In this document: positions 20,096-31,299 of the stretch, in pieces
Layout: each line of letters begins with the position of its first letter
Position numbering within the stretch: the stretch's first letter is position 1
IMG/VR virus record: IMGVR_UViG_3300042261_001186
Coordinates: 1 to 64,000 of that record
Direction: 5' to 3' (one strand)
Origin: a virus
Length of the DNA stretch: 64,000 nucleotides
The notes under the pieces: model-generated
The model's database searches: none
What the model was told of the DNA's origin: nothing
What the model saw: the letters and a program-made list of their open reading frames with translations, nothing else
Translations under genes and position numbers: made by a program

Positions 20096-23000
20096 ATGAA
20101 TCCAAGAGATAATATTAGTGGTAAACAGATAGAAGACTCAACAATACAACAAAATAAACTTAATTTATCTAATCCAGGTTTTTTTGATTCTAATTCTGCA
20201 GCAACAGTTAGCTATGTTAATGCTTTATATTTATCTGGTATAACGAGTGGTATAACATCTGGTACTAGTGGTGTTTCTGGTAGTTCAGGAACATCAGGTA
20301 AAGATGGTAATTTTTTTGGAACATCAGGATCATCAGGTGAAAGTGGATCATCAGGTACTGCAGGTAGTTCAGGAACATCAGGTTCAGGAACATCAGGTAG
20401 TTCAGGTAAATCAGGTAGAGATGGTGTAGATGGTATTGATGGGACATCAGGATTAACAGGTTCTAGTGGTACATCAGGTAAAGATGGTAATTTTTTTGGA
20501 ACATCAGGATCATCAGGTGAAAGTGGATCATCAGGTACTGCAGGTAGTTCAGGAACATCAGGTTCAGGAACATCAGGTAGTTCAGGTAAATCTGGTAGAG
20601 ATGGTGAAAGAGGTTATGATGGTGCAGATGGAACTGCAGGAACAAGTGGTGAAACAGATGGTACTTCTGGTACTTCAGGTGTAGGTATTGGTGGTACTGC
20701 AGGAACAAGTGGTGAAACAGATGGTACTTCTGGTACTTCAGGTACATCAGGAACAAGTGGTGAAACAGATGGTACATCAGGAAGTTCAGGTATAAGTGGA
20801 ACATCAGGTAGTTCAGGTAAAACTGGTAGTTCAGGTACATCAGGTAGTTCAGGTACTTCAATAAGAAAAGAGGTTTGGAGTTCAACAACCAATTATTTTT
20901 TAGGTGATATAGTTAAATATTCTTCTGAATTCGGTGGTGATTTATATGAATACATAGCAGTTAATTCTAATATAAATGTACCACCAGATACAAGTTTTAC
21001 TTATTGGAATCTTATAGGAATAAGACATGAAAATTGGATTACTGAAATTTATTATGTTTTAGGTGACATTGTTAAATATAATAATTTAATGTATGTTGCT
21101 ATAAATAATGGTTTAGGTGTACCTCCAATAGGTGATCCACAATCAGCTTTATATTGGTTATCTATGGGAAGTGGTAGTTCAGGAACAAGTGGTACTTCAG
21201 GTGAAACAGATGGTACATCAGGTAGTTCAGGAAGATCAGGTACATCAGGTAGTTCAGGAAGATCAGGTACATCAGGTAGTTCAGGTATTACAGGAACATC
21301 AGGTACATCAGGTGAAGGTTCTCCGGGTATAGATGGCACATCAGGTACATCAGGTACAGATGGATTATTGCCAGAAATAGGAAATCAATATGATATAATA
21401 TTTAGAGAAACTGGTACAACTTATGGATATAATACAACTAGTGGTTTCACTTTTAATTCGGCCACAGATTATTTGAAAATAGGTAATATTTCAGAAGCAA
21501 CCACTAGAATTCATATTTATGGTGAAAATGTAGGTTCATATTTGAATGTGGCTGATGTTAGTCCAGATTCAGCAATTTTCATTGATGGTAATTCAACATC
21601 AGATAAAAGTATAATTTATGGTGATGCTGGTGTAAAGAAATGGGCAACTCAAACATATAGAGAAGAAAATGGAGATTTTTATTATATTTATAACATACAG
21701 ACAAACAATATAAGTCAGGTTTATTCAAGATCTGGTCGTTCTGGAATCAATAAACAATCTAATGTTATGGATTATCATCCACAATATATGGATAAAGTTA
21801 ATGGTTTATTGAATGATATGGAAATTAGAGGTTGGTATGATAGATTATACCAAGCATTGTATGAAGTTCAAATATCTGTTCAAGGATCACCTGATCAATT
21901 TCATTGGAGAAAATCTAGAGATAATGGTGTTACTTGGAATAGTTGGTCACCAAATATTTTATGTGTTACGGGTTCTACAAACGCTGTTGATTTAGAACAT
22001 TATATAACAGTTTATTTTAAACATTTAACTGGACATACAACTTTTGATAGATGGCAATTTACAGCATTTCCACAATTACCACAAGGCTCCTTTACAGTAG
22101 CACCAAATGGTTATACTGAAATTTTAATAACAGATGATTATACACAACCAATACCAGTATATTCTGATGTAACTAATGAATTATCTACAACTTTTACTGG
22201 ATTTGAGGAATGTTTAGCTGACACAACATCAGCCATATTTGTAGGTTGGGAATTACCTTATAATTCAATATATTTTAATAATGGTCAAAATGGTAGTGGA
22301 GTAACATTAAAATTTGAATATTATTCACCATCAGGATGGACAGAAATACAAACTGGAGAAAATCTTGGAACAATACAAGATTTTACTGATAATTTATCAA
22401 AAGATGGTAAAGTAGAATGGGATAGACAAGAATTGAATTGGGTTGAATATCAATTACCAGGTAAAGGTTCTAGTTATTTGTTGTATTGGGTTAGAATAAC
22501 AACAACTACAAATCCATATACAACACCAGTACTTGATTCTCTTTCTTTAGGTGGAACAGTGCGTTTAGGTGTTTATAGTGCCCATATGGATGCAAATCCT
22601 TCTTTTTATGTAGATGGTACAGGTAGAGTTATAATGGGTGATTACAATAATGTACTAACAAATAGTCCATATACTAATATTGGTTATTTAGGTATTAATA
22701 CAACAGAACCACAGGATATAGTTCATATTTTTGGTTTAGATAATGCATCTGATAATACAGATACTATGCATAATCATATTATGATTGATGGTGTACCAGA
22801 TGGTGATAAAGGTATATTGTTTGCAGATAATGGAGTAAAGAAATTTGAAGATTATTTATATCGTAATGAAGGTGGTGAATTTAAATACACATATAGTTAT
22901 GCTAATGATAAAGATATAATGGTTATATCTGAAGGTGGTAGATTTGGTATAAATTGGTCATCTCCAAATATGAATCCACATGCTGAATATTTAAATACAA

Positions 23001-26000
23001 TTGATCCAGAAAACGGTGTTGATAGTTTAATTGTTGGTGGATTATATGATAAAAGAATAGTAAGATATTATGAAATAAAAATAACAAATATAGTTTCAAC
23101 ACCAAATGAATATCAATGGAGGTCATCTACTGATTATGGTACAACATGGACATCTTGGTCTAGTACAGAAACTTGTTCTTATGGTTCATTTCTTTTGGAT
23201 AATGGTATAGATGTGTCTTTTAAAAATATTGCTGGACACTCATTAAATGATTCATGGAGATTCTGGGCTTTTCCACAATTACCAGGTGCATCACTTTTAG
23301 TATCACCAGATTTATTTAAATCTGTGGCAGTTTGTTATGATATTTCTGCAGTAACACCTATTTATTATGATAAAACTTATAATTCTGCATCAATATTTGC
23401 AAATGGGTTTATGATGTTAAGTGGCACCACATCTTTGATGTATGTTGCAAATTCAAGAAAATTTAATAGTATTTATGTTGGTATTTCAAATCCTGGTTCT
23501 GGAGTGACTTTAAAAGTTGAATATTTGAGTTCAAGTGGTTGGACAGAAATGACATTTGTTAATTCCAATTACATTGATCAAACAAATAATTTAACTCAAT
23601 CAGGACTTATAAGTTGGGATACATCAGAAATGTCAGATTGGATAAGTGGTGTGGCAACTGGTATGACTGATTCATATAATTGGTTAAGATTAACATCAAC
23701 TACATCAATAATCATATCACCATATTGTTATTTAGTTGCATTACATGGTTTAAGAAGATTTGGAGTTCGTTCTGGTGCATTTGATCCATTACCTTCATTT
23801 TATATTGATGCACTTGGTCGTACAATTATGGGTGATTATAACAGATTAAACCCTATACCATTGAATGGTTATTTGGGTATAAATATGACAAATCCACAAA
23901 ACCTAATCCATTCTTTTGGTATAGACAACATTCCAGATTCAGAAGATGATATGCATAATAATATTATGATTGATGGTATTTCTGATGGTGATAAAGGTAT
24001 AGTATGGGCAGATAATGGTGTTAGAAAATGGAGTGATTATATTTATAGAAATGAATATGGGGAATTTAAATATACATATAATTATGAATCTCAAAGGGAT
24101 CAATTAGTCACATCTGAAGGTGGTAGATTTGGATACAATAAACAATCTAATATACCACAATATCATGCTGGATATTTAAATCAATTTAATGATGGATTAG
24201 ATGATTTAATAATCAATGGACTATATGATAAAACATATCAAACAAAATATGAAATTTATATTTCAACAACAGGTATAACTGATACTTTTAAATGGAGAAA
24301 AAATGAAGATCAAACACTTTTTACCGATTGGATAACAGGTATAACTTGTTATACTGGTGGAACATTAATTGATAGTGGTATTATTTTAACTTTTGAAAAT
24401 TCAAATGGTCATAGTTTAAATGATAATTGGTATTTTATTGGTTATCCTCAATTACCACAATCTACTATGTCTGTTGGTCCACCAATGTTTAATGAAATAT
24501 TGGGTACTATAGATTATAATACTACTAATTATAATGATTTGACATACACAATGTCAACATCAGATTTAAATCCTAATATAGTATGGCCAACAGGAATTAC
24601 AAATGCTTTGTATATTGGTGATGTTCATAGATTTAATGGTATGATGTTAAATATCACAACTCCAGCAAGTGGAGTAACATTAGTTGCTGAATATTATGAT
24701 ATCAATTCTGGTTGGACAATATTGAGTTCAGATAATAATTTTATAGATAAAACATATAATTTAACTCAAACTGGTAACATTCATTGGGAGAAATCCACTA
24801 TGAATTGGGTAACTACTTTTCCATCAGGTATAACAGAAAGTGAATATGATTTGTATTGGATAAGATTAAGAAGTACAACAAGTGTTTTACAAACACCAAA
24901 TATAATTACTGTTTTACCACATAATAAAAATAGATTTTCTGTATATTCTGCACATTTAGATGAAAATCCAAATTTTTATATTGATTCATCAGGACGTTTA
25001 TTTGATTTACAACAAGGTATTATTGGTTCAACTGGATATTCTGTGTCTTCTAAATTTGAAGTTTATTCAGATATTGGAAAATTGTTAGATGTTAAAACAG
25101 ATGGTTCAATATATTTAAATCAATATAATACAACTGGATTTTTAAAAACTAGTGGAACAACTGGTGAAGTATATGTAGATACTACTAATTATGCTGGTTC
25201 ATCAGGAACTTCAGGTTTTTTACCATTGATTGGAAATAATGGTGATTTAATAATAAGGGATACAGGTGAAACTTATGGATACAATTCAGTTGCTGTAAAT
25301 CCTACTGTTTTATTGTCTTTAGGTCAAGAAACTGGTGAACCTAATGGTTTTAGATGGACAAATGAAGATTCAATTATTTCTTTTGATATTACTGGACATA
25401 CATTTTCAATAATACCAACAGGCTCTACTTTTGAAGTTTGGATTCATGGTGTTAAATATAATTTAACAGGTGATACAATTTCAATACCAACAGGTGTAAC
25501 ACAAAAATATTTTATTTACTATGACAATAATTGTGAATTAACATATGGTAATTCATTTGATAAAACATATGTTTTTGATAAACTTTTTGTTGCTGTTGCA
25601 TATTGGGATGCTGAATATCAAAATTTAATATACTTAGGAGATGAAAGACATGGTATGATAATGGATGCTGCTACACATTATTTATGGCATCTTGCTTTAG
25701 GTACTGCTTATATATCAGGTTTGGATGTGACAAATATTACGATAGGAGATGGTTCTTTAAATAAACATGCTGCATATTCAGTATTAAGTGGTGTTATAAT
25801 GGATGAAGATATTACACATACAATAGGTAATCATTTATCTGGATTTACAACTAAAATATTTTATTTAACAGGTAGTACTATACATTGGGAAATAGGTAAT
25901 AATGATTTACCAGTTTTGACAGGTGGAACCGGTTTGATGGTTTATAATAAACAATCAGGAACAACTTGGACTTTAAAAAACCCAGCAGATGGTTCTTATG

Positions 26001-29000
26001 TCTTGTATCATATTGTTGCAACAAATGATATTTTAGATTATATTCATGTGATAATTGGTCAAAATGAATATTCAACTTTACAGTTGGCTACTGATGGTGC
26101 AGTTACTGAAATAGGTAATTTAAAATTGGAAGGTCTCATTGTTCAAGAATATGCTCCAATAGCAACTATTATTTATCAAACTTCAAGTGGTTTCACTAAT
26201 TCAGTGAAAGGTAGGATTGTACTTGATGTAAATGGTAATAGTTGGATAGATTGGAGAGGTTACAGCCTTGGTTCAGTTGGTGGTGGCGGTGGCGGTGGTG
26301 GAATTGGTATAGATGGTACATCAGGAACAAGTGGAACATCAGGAACAAGTGGAATATCAGGTAGTTCTGGAACATCAGGTAGTTCTGGAACATCAGGAAC
26401 ATCAGGAACATCAGGAACATCAGGAACATCAGGTATTGATGGTACATCAGGAACAAGTGGAATAGATGGAACATCTGGGACAAGTGGAACATCAGGTAGT
26501 TCAGGAAAATCAGGTAGTTCAGGAACATCAGGAACATCAGGTAGTTCAGGTACATCAGGAACATCAGGAACATCAGGTATAGGATTAAATGAAAGAGGTG
26601 TATGGACTGGTTCTACACAGTATTTCAAAAATGACATAGTTTATTATAGTGATAGTGGTATGTCAGGTAGTTTTATTGCTATAACAAATGTTATTGGATT
26701 TTCACCTGCTGAATCAGGATCATGGTCTATTTTAGCTTTAAATGGAACATCAGGAATTAGTGGAACATCAGGAGTATCAGGTAGTTCAGGTACAAGTGGA
26801 ACAAGTGGAACATCAGGTAGTTCAGGTACAAGTGGAACATCAGGTAGTTCAGGTACAAGTGGAACAAGTGGTACATCAGGTAGTTCAGGTACAAGTGGTA
26901 CATCAGGTAGTTCAGGTACAAGTGGTACATCAGGTAGTTCAGGTACAAGTGGTACATCAGGTAGTTCAGGTAGTTCAGGTACAAGTGGAACATCGGGTAC
27001 ATCAGGAAGTTCAGGTACATCTGGAACATCAGGTACAAGTGGAACATCAGGAAGTTCAGGTACATCTGGTAAAGCTGGTAGTTCAGGAACATCTGGTACA
27101 AGTGGTACATCAGGTAGTTCAGGTATATCAGGTAGTTCAGGTACATCAGGTAGTTCAGGTACAAGTGGTACATCAGGTAGTTCAGGTATATCAGGTAGTT
27201 CAGGTACATCAGGTAGTTCAGGTACAAGTGGTACATCAGGTAGTTCAGGTACAAGTGGTACATCAGGTACATCAGGTAGTTCAGGTACAAGTGGTACATC
27301 AGGTACATCAGGAAGTTCAGGTACAAGTGGTACATCAGGAAGTTCAGGTACAAGTGGTACATCAGGAAGTTCAGGTACAAGTGGTACATCAGGAAGTTCA
27401 GGTACAAGTGGTACATCAGGAAGTTCAGGTACAAGTGGTACATCAGGAAGTTCAGGTACAAGTGGTACATCAGGTAGTTCAGGAACATCAGGTAGTTCAG
27501 GTATATCAGGTACATCAGGTACATCAGGAAGTTCAGGTACAAGTGGTACATCAGGAAGTTCAGGTACAAGTGGTACATCAGGTAGTTCAGGTACAAGTGG
27601 TACATCAGGTACATCAGGAAGTTCAGGTACATCAGGTACAAGTGGTACATCAGGAACATCAGGTAGTTCAGGAACATCAGGAACATCAGGTAGTTCAGGA
27701 ACATCAGGAACATCAGGTAGTTCAGGTACATCAGGTAGTTCAGGAACATCAGGAACATCAGGTAGTTCAGGTACAAGTGGTACAAGTGGTAGTTCAGGTA
27801 CAAGTGGTACAAGTGGTAGTTCAGGTACAAGTGGTACAAGTGGTACATCAGGTAGTTCAGGTACAAGTGGTACAAGTGGTACATCAGGTAGTTCAGGAAT
27901 GTCATATATTACTACTAGAATTCCAGTTGTTGATTCAGATTATACTGTTTCAGGTATAACTAATCAAACTATTTCATATACATCTTTATCAACAAAAAGA
28001 ACAATTACATTACCTCCTGCAACAACTTTTGGTCAAATTATTCAGATTAATGATGAAAATGGTAATGTGACGCCAACAAATAGATTGAAAATAATTTGTA
28101 ATAATAGTGGGGAAACAATTGCTGGCGATACTTATAATCTTCAAATATCCAAATATAATAATGTACAATATAAAAGTGATGGTTTAGGTCATTGGTCAAT
28201 ATTCAATAGAAATCAAAGATTATCAACAGGTGTTATATTAAAACCAACTTATACTGAATCAAATTCTGGTAATACTGTTTCTATTGGATCGGATGGTTTA
28301 TATAATTTGGGAAAAAATACTGATGGTAGTGGTCTTATTAGATCATGGGAAATTACAGGAACTACATTATCTTTAACAAATAGAATGACAAATTATGTAG
28401 TAGCAAATTATAATTCTGGTTCACCATATATTCATGTTATTACTGATGTTACATTAATTAATGAAACTACAATAATTCCATTATTTACAATATATCTTGA
28501 AGACAATAATACTCATGTAATAGATTGGGATAGTTTAGGTTTAGCATTGGTTAATAAAATTCATCAATCTATTGTTAAGACACAGAGATATAGATTACAA
28601 AGTGGTTTAGTTTTAGGTGAACTCCCAACAAGATATGTTACTTTGACAGAAGGTATAGTTTGGATAGGAGCAAATAGTTTTACTTTATCAGCATTTAATT
28701 CTAGTGGTAATACTATGTATTTTTTACATCATACAACTGGTGGTACTTGGTCTTCACCAGAACTTGTAACACAATATAATAATACTCAATATGATAATTT
28801 AACTGGTTTACATAAGGTTTCTGGTGGTCATTATGTTGTCAATTATATTTATCGTGGTGTTGAGATAGAAGAGGAATGTTATATGGTTTTGGGTGGTGCA
28901 AATTATACATTACTTGAAGCTCAAGGAAGTTTACCACCAACTGATTTACCACCTATTATATCATCACATTCGATATTAACTGGTCGTATTATTGTTTCAC

Positions 29001-31249
29001 AAGGTGAAGATGTGTCTTATCAAATAGATAGTATATTTTCTGCTGCATTTGCATTATCTACATCTGTTAATCATAATGATTTAACTGGTTTATTTGGTTC
29101 ATCACCATATTATCATATGAGTTTAGATATGTGGTCAGCTTTATCAGGTGTTACAACAGGTACGACTTTTGGTAGTTCAGGTACATCTGGTGTAGGTAGT
29201 CCTGGAACAAGTGGAACATCAGGAACATCTGGAAGTTCAGGAACATCTGGTGTAGGAAGTCCTGGTTCATCTGGTACAAGTGGTACATCAGGTAAAGATG
29301 GACAATCTGATAAATATGCTACAACATCTAATACATCTATAACATTACCATTGACTCCAGGTTCAAATGTTTATTTAACTGGTGGTACTAGTTTATCATA
29401 TACATTAGCACAAACTGTTATTGTTTCATATTCATCTGGTCAAACATTTACTGCATCAATAGTAGATTATGATCCTTTAACTGGTGCATTCATATTAAAT
29501 GTTATTGATTCTAATGGATCTGGTTCATTGAATCCTTGGGAAATAAATTTAAATGGTGCACCTGGGCCAGCAGGAACATCAGGAACAAGTGGAACATCTG
29601 GGAAAGCAGGAAGTTCAGGTACAAGTGGTACATCAGGAACATCAGGAACATCAGGTAGTTCTGGAACTTCAGGTACATCAGGTAGTTCAGGAACATCAGG
29701 TAGTTCTGGAACAAGTGGTACATCAGGTAGTTCAGGAACAAGTGGAACATCTGGGAAAGCAGGAAGTTCAGGTACAAGTGGTACATCAGGAACATCAGGA
29801 ACATCAGGTAGTTCTGGTACATCAGGAATATCAGGTAGTTCTGGTACATCAGGAACATCAGGTAGTTCTGGAACAAGTGGTAGTTCTGGTACATCAGGAA
29901 CATCAGGTAGTTCTGGAACAAGTGGTAGTTCTGGTACATCAGGAACATCAGGTAGTTCTGGAACAAGTGGTAGTTCTGGTACATCAGGAACATCAGGTAG
30001 TTCAGGAACATCAGGAACATCAGGTAGTTCTGGAACATCAGGAACATCAGGAACATCAGGAACATCAGGAACATCAGGAACATCAGGTAGTTCTGGAACA
30101 TCAGGAACATCAGGAACATCAGGAACATCAGGAACATCAGGTAATTCAGGTAGTTCTGGAACATCAGGTAGTTCTGGTACAAGCGGTACAAGTGGTACAT
30201 CAGGAACATCAGGAACATCAGGTATAGCAGGTAGTTCTGGTACAAGCGGTACAAGTGGTACATCAGGTAGTTCTGGTACATCAGGTATAGCAGGTAGTTC
30301 TGGTACATCAGGTAGTTCAGGTACAAGTGGAACAAGTGGAACATCTGGAACATCAGGAACATCAGGTAGTTCAGGAACATCAGGTATAGCAGGAACATCA
30401 GGTAGTTCTGGTACATCAGGTATAGCAGGAACATCAGGTAGTTCTGGTACATCAGGTATAGCAGGAACATCAGGTAGTTCAGGTACAAGTGGTACATCAG
30501 GTAGTTCAGGTACAAGTGGCACATCAGGTAGTTCAGGTACATCAGGTAGTTCAGGTACAAGTGGTACATCAGGTACAAGTGGAACATCAGGAACAAGTGG
30601 AACATCAGGAACAAGTGGTAAAGATGGTAGTTCAGGAACATCAGGAACATCAGGTAGTTCAGGTACAAGTGGTACATCAGGTAGTTCAGGAACATCTGGA
30701 ACATCAGGTATAGCAGGTAGTTCTGGTACATCAGGTAGTTCAGGTACATCAGGTATAGCAGGTAGTTCTGGTACATCAGGTATAGCAGGTAGTTCAGGAA
30801 CAAGTGGAACATCTGGAACATCAGGGACTAGTGGTACATCAGGAACAAGTGGTAAAGCAGGTAGTTCAGGCACATCAGGTGTAGCAGGTAGTTCAGGTAC
30901 AAGTGGAGTATCTTTTAACAATAAGTCTATAACTGTTGAAAATCCAACTGCGTCTGAAAACATAATAATGTTTTATACTTTTGATGCAATAACTGTATCT
31001 AATATTCAAGCTGTTGTTAAGGGAACAACACCATCTATAACAATAGATTTGACACAAAATACAGATGTTTCTGCAGTTGGTACATCCATATTGACAGCAC
31101 CTGCAATTATAACAGGAACTACTACTGGTCAAAATTTAACTAGTTATGCAAATCCAAATATTCCAGCTAACAGATGGGTCATACTTGTATCAAGTGCAAC
31201 AAGTGGTACAATAACATCATTAACTGTAACAATTAAACATACACAATAA
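20096..31249 (+). CDS. Giant (3717 aa) fibre-like protein with (Gly-Thr/Ser-Ser)n tracts, CBM5/12-like motifs and three ~390-aa internal repeats
   Basis: Single open frame; Gly every third residue in long tracts; W...Y..GDIV.Y motifs; repeated [IL]GIN..P...H..G / IDG...DK.I...D.GV blocks. Confidence 0.85.
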   Translation: MNPRDNISGKQIEDSTIQQNKLNLSNPGFFDSNSAATVSYVNALYLSGITSGITSGTSGVSGSSGTSGKDGNFFGTSGSSGESGSSGTAGSSGTSGSGTSGSSGKSGRDGVDGIDGTSGLTGSSGTSGKDGNFFGTSGSSGESGSSGTAGSSGTSGSGTSGSSGKSGRDGERGYDGADGTAGTSGETDGTSGTSGVGIGGTAGTSGETDGTSGTSGTSGTSGETDGTSGSSGISGTSGSSGKTGSSGTSGSSGTSIRKEVWSSTTNYFLGDIVKYSSEFGGDLYEYIAVNSNINVPPDTSFTYWNLIGIRHENWITEIYYVLGDIVKYNNLMYVAINNGLGVPPIGDPQSALYWLSMGSGSSGTSGTSGETDGTSGSSGRSGTSGSSGRSGTSGSSGITGTSGTSGEGSPGIDGTSGTSGTDGLLPEIGNQYDIIFRETGTTYGYNTTSGFTFNSATDYLKIGNISEATTRIHIYGENVGSYLNVADVSPDSAIFIDGNSTSDKSIIYGDAGVKKWATQTYREENGDFYYIYNIQTNNISQVYSRSGRSGINKQSNVMDYHPQYMDKVNGLLNDMEIRGWYDRLYQALYEVQISVQGSPDQFHWRKSRDNGVTWNSWSPNILCVTGSTNAVDLEHYITVYFKHLTGHTTFDRWQFTAFPQLPQGSFTVAPNGYTEILITDDYTQPIPVYSDVTNELSTTFTGFEECLADTTSAIFVGWELPYNSIYFNNGQNGSGVTLKFEYYSPSGWTEIQTGENLGTIQDFTDNLSKDGKVEWDRQELNWVEYQLPGKGSSYLLYWVRITTTTNPYTTPVLDSLSLGGTVRLGVYSAHMDANPSFYVDGTGRVIMGDYNNVLTNSPYTNIGYLGINTTEPQDIVHIFGLDNASDNTDTMHNHIMIDGVPDGDKGILFADNGVKKFEDYLYRNEGGEFKYTYSYANDKDIMVISEGGRFGINWSSPNMNPHAEYLNTIDPENGVDSLIVGGLYDKRIVRYYEIKITNIVSTPNEYQWRSSTDYGTTWTSWSSTETCSYGSFLLDNGIDVSFKNIAGHSLNDSWRFWAFPQLPGASLLVSPDLFKSVAVCYDISAVTPIYYDKTYNSASIFANGFMMLSGTTSLMYVANSRKFNSIYVGISNPGSGVTLKVEYLSSSGWTEMTFVNSNYIDQTNNLTQSGLISWDTSEMSDWISGVATGMTDSYNWLRLTSTTSIIISPYCYLVALHGLRRFGVRSGAFDPLPSFYIDALGRTIMGDYNRLNPIPLNGYLGINMTNPQNLIHSFGIDNIPDSEDDMHNNIMIDGISDGDKGIVWADNGVRKWSDYIYRNEYGEFKYTYNYESQRDQLVTSEGGRFGYNKQSNIPQYHAGYLNQFNDGLDDLIINGLYDKTYQTKYEIYISTTGITDTFKWRKNEDQTLFTDWITGITCYTGGTLIDSGIILTFENSNGHSLNDNWYFIGYPQLPQSTMSVGPPMFNEILGTIDYNTTNYNDLTYTMSTSDLNPNIVWPTGITNALYIGDVHRFNGMMLNITTPASGVTLVAEYYDINSGWTILSSDNNFIDKTYNLTQTGNIHWEKSTMNWVTTFPSGITESEYDLYWIRLRSTTSVLQTPNIITVLPHNKNRFSVYSAHLDENPNFYIDSSGRLFDLQQGIIGSTGYSVSSKFEVYSDIGKLLDVKTDGSIYLNQYNTTGFLKTSGTTGEVYVDTTNYAGSSGTSGFLPLIGNNGDLIIRDTGETYGYNSVAVNPTVLLSLGQETGEPNGFRWTNEDSIISFDITGHTFSIIPTGSTFEVWIHGVKYNLTGDTISIPTGVTQKYFIYYDNNCELTYGNSFDKTYVFDKLFVAVAYWDAEYQNLIYLGDERHGMIMDAATHYLWHLALGTAYISGLDVTNITIGDGSLNKHAAYSVLSGVIMDEDITHTIGNHLSGFTTKIFYLTGSTIHWEIGNNDLPVLTGGTGLMVYNKQSGTTWTLKNPADGSYVLYHIVATNDILDYIHVIIGQNEYSTLQLATDGAVTEIGNLKLEGLIVQEYAPIATIIYQTSSGFTNSVKGRIVLDVNGNSWIDWRGYSLGSVGGGGGGGGIGIDGTSGTSGTSGTSGISGSSGTSGSSGTSGTSGTSGTSGTSGIDGTSGTSGIDGTSGTSGTSGSSGKSGSSGTSGTSGSSGTSGTSGTSGIGLNERGVWTGSTQYFKNDIVYYSDSGMSGSFIAITNVIGFSPAESGSWSILALNGTSGISGTSGVSGSSGTSGTSGTSGSSGTSGTSGSSGTSGTSGTSGSSGTSGTSGSSGTSGTSGSSGTSGTSGSSGSSGTSGTSGTSGSSGTSGTSGTSGTSGSSGTSGKAGSSGTSGTSGTSGSSGISGSSGTSGSSGTSGTSGSSGISGSSGTSGSSGTSGTSGSSGTSGTSGTSGSSGTSGTSGTSGSSGTSGTSGSSGTSGTSGSSGTSGTSGSSGTSGTSGSSGTSGTSGSSGTSGTSGSSGTSGSSGISGTSGTSGSSGTSGTSGSSGTSGTSGSSGTSGTSGTSGSSGTSGTSGTSGTSGSSGTSGTSGSSGTSGTSGSSGTSGSSGTSGTSGSSGTSGTSGSSGTSGTSGSSGTSGTSGTSGSSGTSGTSGTSGSSGMSYITTRIPVVDSDYTVSGITNQTISYTSLSTKRTITLPPATTFGQIIQINDENGNVTPTNRLKIICNNSGETIAGDTYNLQISKYNNVQYKSDGLGHWSIFNRNQRLSTGVILKPTYTESNSGNTVSIGSDGLYNLGKNTDGSGLIRSWEITGTTLSLTNRMTNYVVANYNSGSPYIHVITDVTLINETTIIPLFTIYLEDNNTHVIDWDSLGLALVNKIHQSIVKTQRYRLQSGLVLGELPTRYVTLTEGIVWIGANSFTLSAFNSSGNTMYFLHHTTGGTWSSPELVTQYNNTQYDNLTGLHKVSGGHYVVNYIYRGVEIEEECYMVLGGANYTLLEAQGSLPPTDLPPIISSHSILTGRIIVSQGEDVSYQIDSIFSAAFALSTSVNHNDLTGLFGSSPYYHMSLDMWSALSGVTTGTTFGSSGTSGVGSPGTSGTSGTSGSSGTSGVGSPGSSGTSGTSGKDGQSDKYATTSNTSITLPLTPGSNVYLTGGTSLSYTLAQTVIVSYSSGQTFTASIVDYDPLTGAFILNVIDSNGSGSLNPWEINLNGAPGPAGTSGTSGTSGKAGSSGTSGTSGTSGTSGSSGTSGTSGSSGTSGSSGTSGTSGSSGTSGTSGKAGSSGTSGTSGTSGTSGSSGTSGISGSSGTSGTSGSSGTSGSSGTSGTSGSSGTSGSSGTSGTSGSSGTSGSSGTSGTSGSSGTSGTSGSSGTSGTSGTSGTSGTSGTSGSSGTSGTSGTSGTSGTSGNSGSSGTSGSSGTSGTSGTSGTSGTSGIAGSSGTSGTSGTSGSSGTSGIAGSSGTSGSSGTSGTSGTSGTSGTSGSSGTSGIAGTSGSSGTSGIAGTSGSSGTSGIAGTSGSSGTSGTSGSSGTSGTSGSSGTSGSSGTSGTSGTSGTSGTSGTSGTSGKDGSSGTSGTSGSSGTSGTSGSSGTSGTSGIAGSSGTSGSSGTSGIAGSSGTSGIAGSSGTSGTSGTSGTSGTSGTSGKAGSSGTSGVAGSSGTSGVSFNNKSITVENPTASENIIMFYTFDAITVSNIQAVVKGTTPSITIDLTQNTDVSAVGTSILTAPAIITGTTTGQNLTSYANPNIPANRWVILVSSATSGTITSLTVTIKHTQ
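20291..20592 (+). repeat. Direct duplication with 180-bp period
   Basis: acatcaggtaaagatggtaatttttttggaacatcaggatcatcagg... at 20291 and again at 20471, near-identical for about 120 bp. Confidence 0.85.
21473..25000 (+). repeat. Three tandem ~1.2-kb diverged domain repeats in the fibre gene
   Basis: Units start near 21473, 22685 and 23870; each has YR.E.G[DE]F.Y.Y, G.YD, [FY]PQLP, [LS]Y.W.R and P.FY[IV]D..GR. Confidence 0.85.
26312..27900 (+). repeat. 9-bp-unit coding repeat tracts (ggw acw/agt tcw/agt)
   Basis: GTS/GSS triplets over about 1.5 kb, interrupted by one CBM-like motif. Confidence 0.95.
29570..30910 (+). repeat. 9-bp-unit coding repeat tract (GTS/GSS/GIA)
   Basis: Continuous Gly-X-Y triplets. 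Confidence 0.95.
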
Positions 31250-31299
31250 TATGTTATGAACCTTTGAATTAAAATATATAAACAAAAATAAAATAATAA

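Noticed and set aside
26741-27900. Possible CRISPR array or satellite
   Set aside because: No unique spacers; the units are in-frame codon triplets with synonymous variation
26196-30963. Long ORFs rich in VQ/HQ, FLM/YL or PDV/PEL in other frames and strands
   Set aside because: Shadow frames of the 9-bp GTS/GSS coding repeat of the fibre gene
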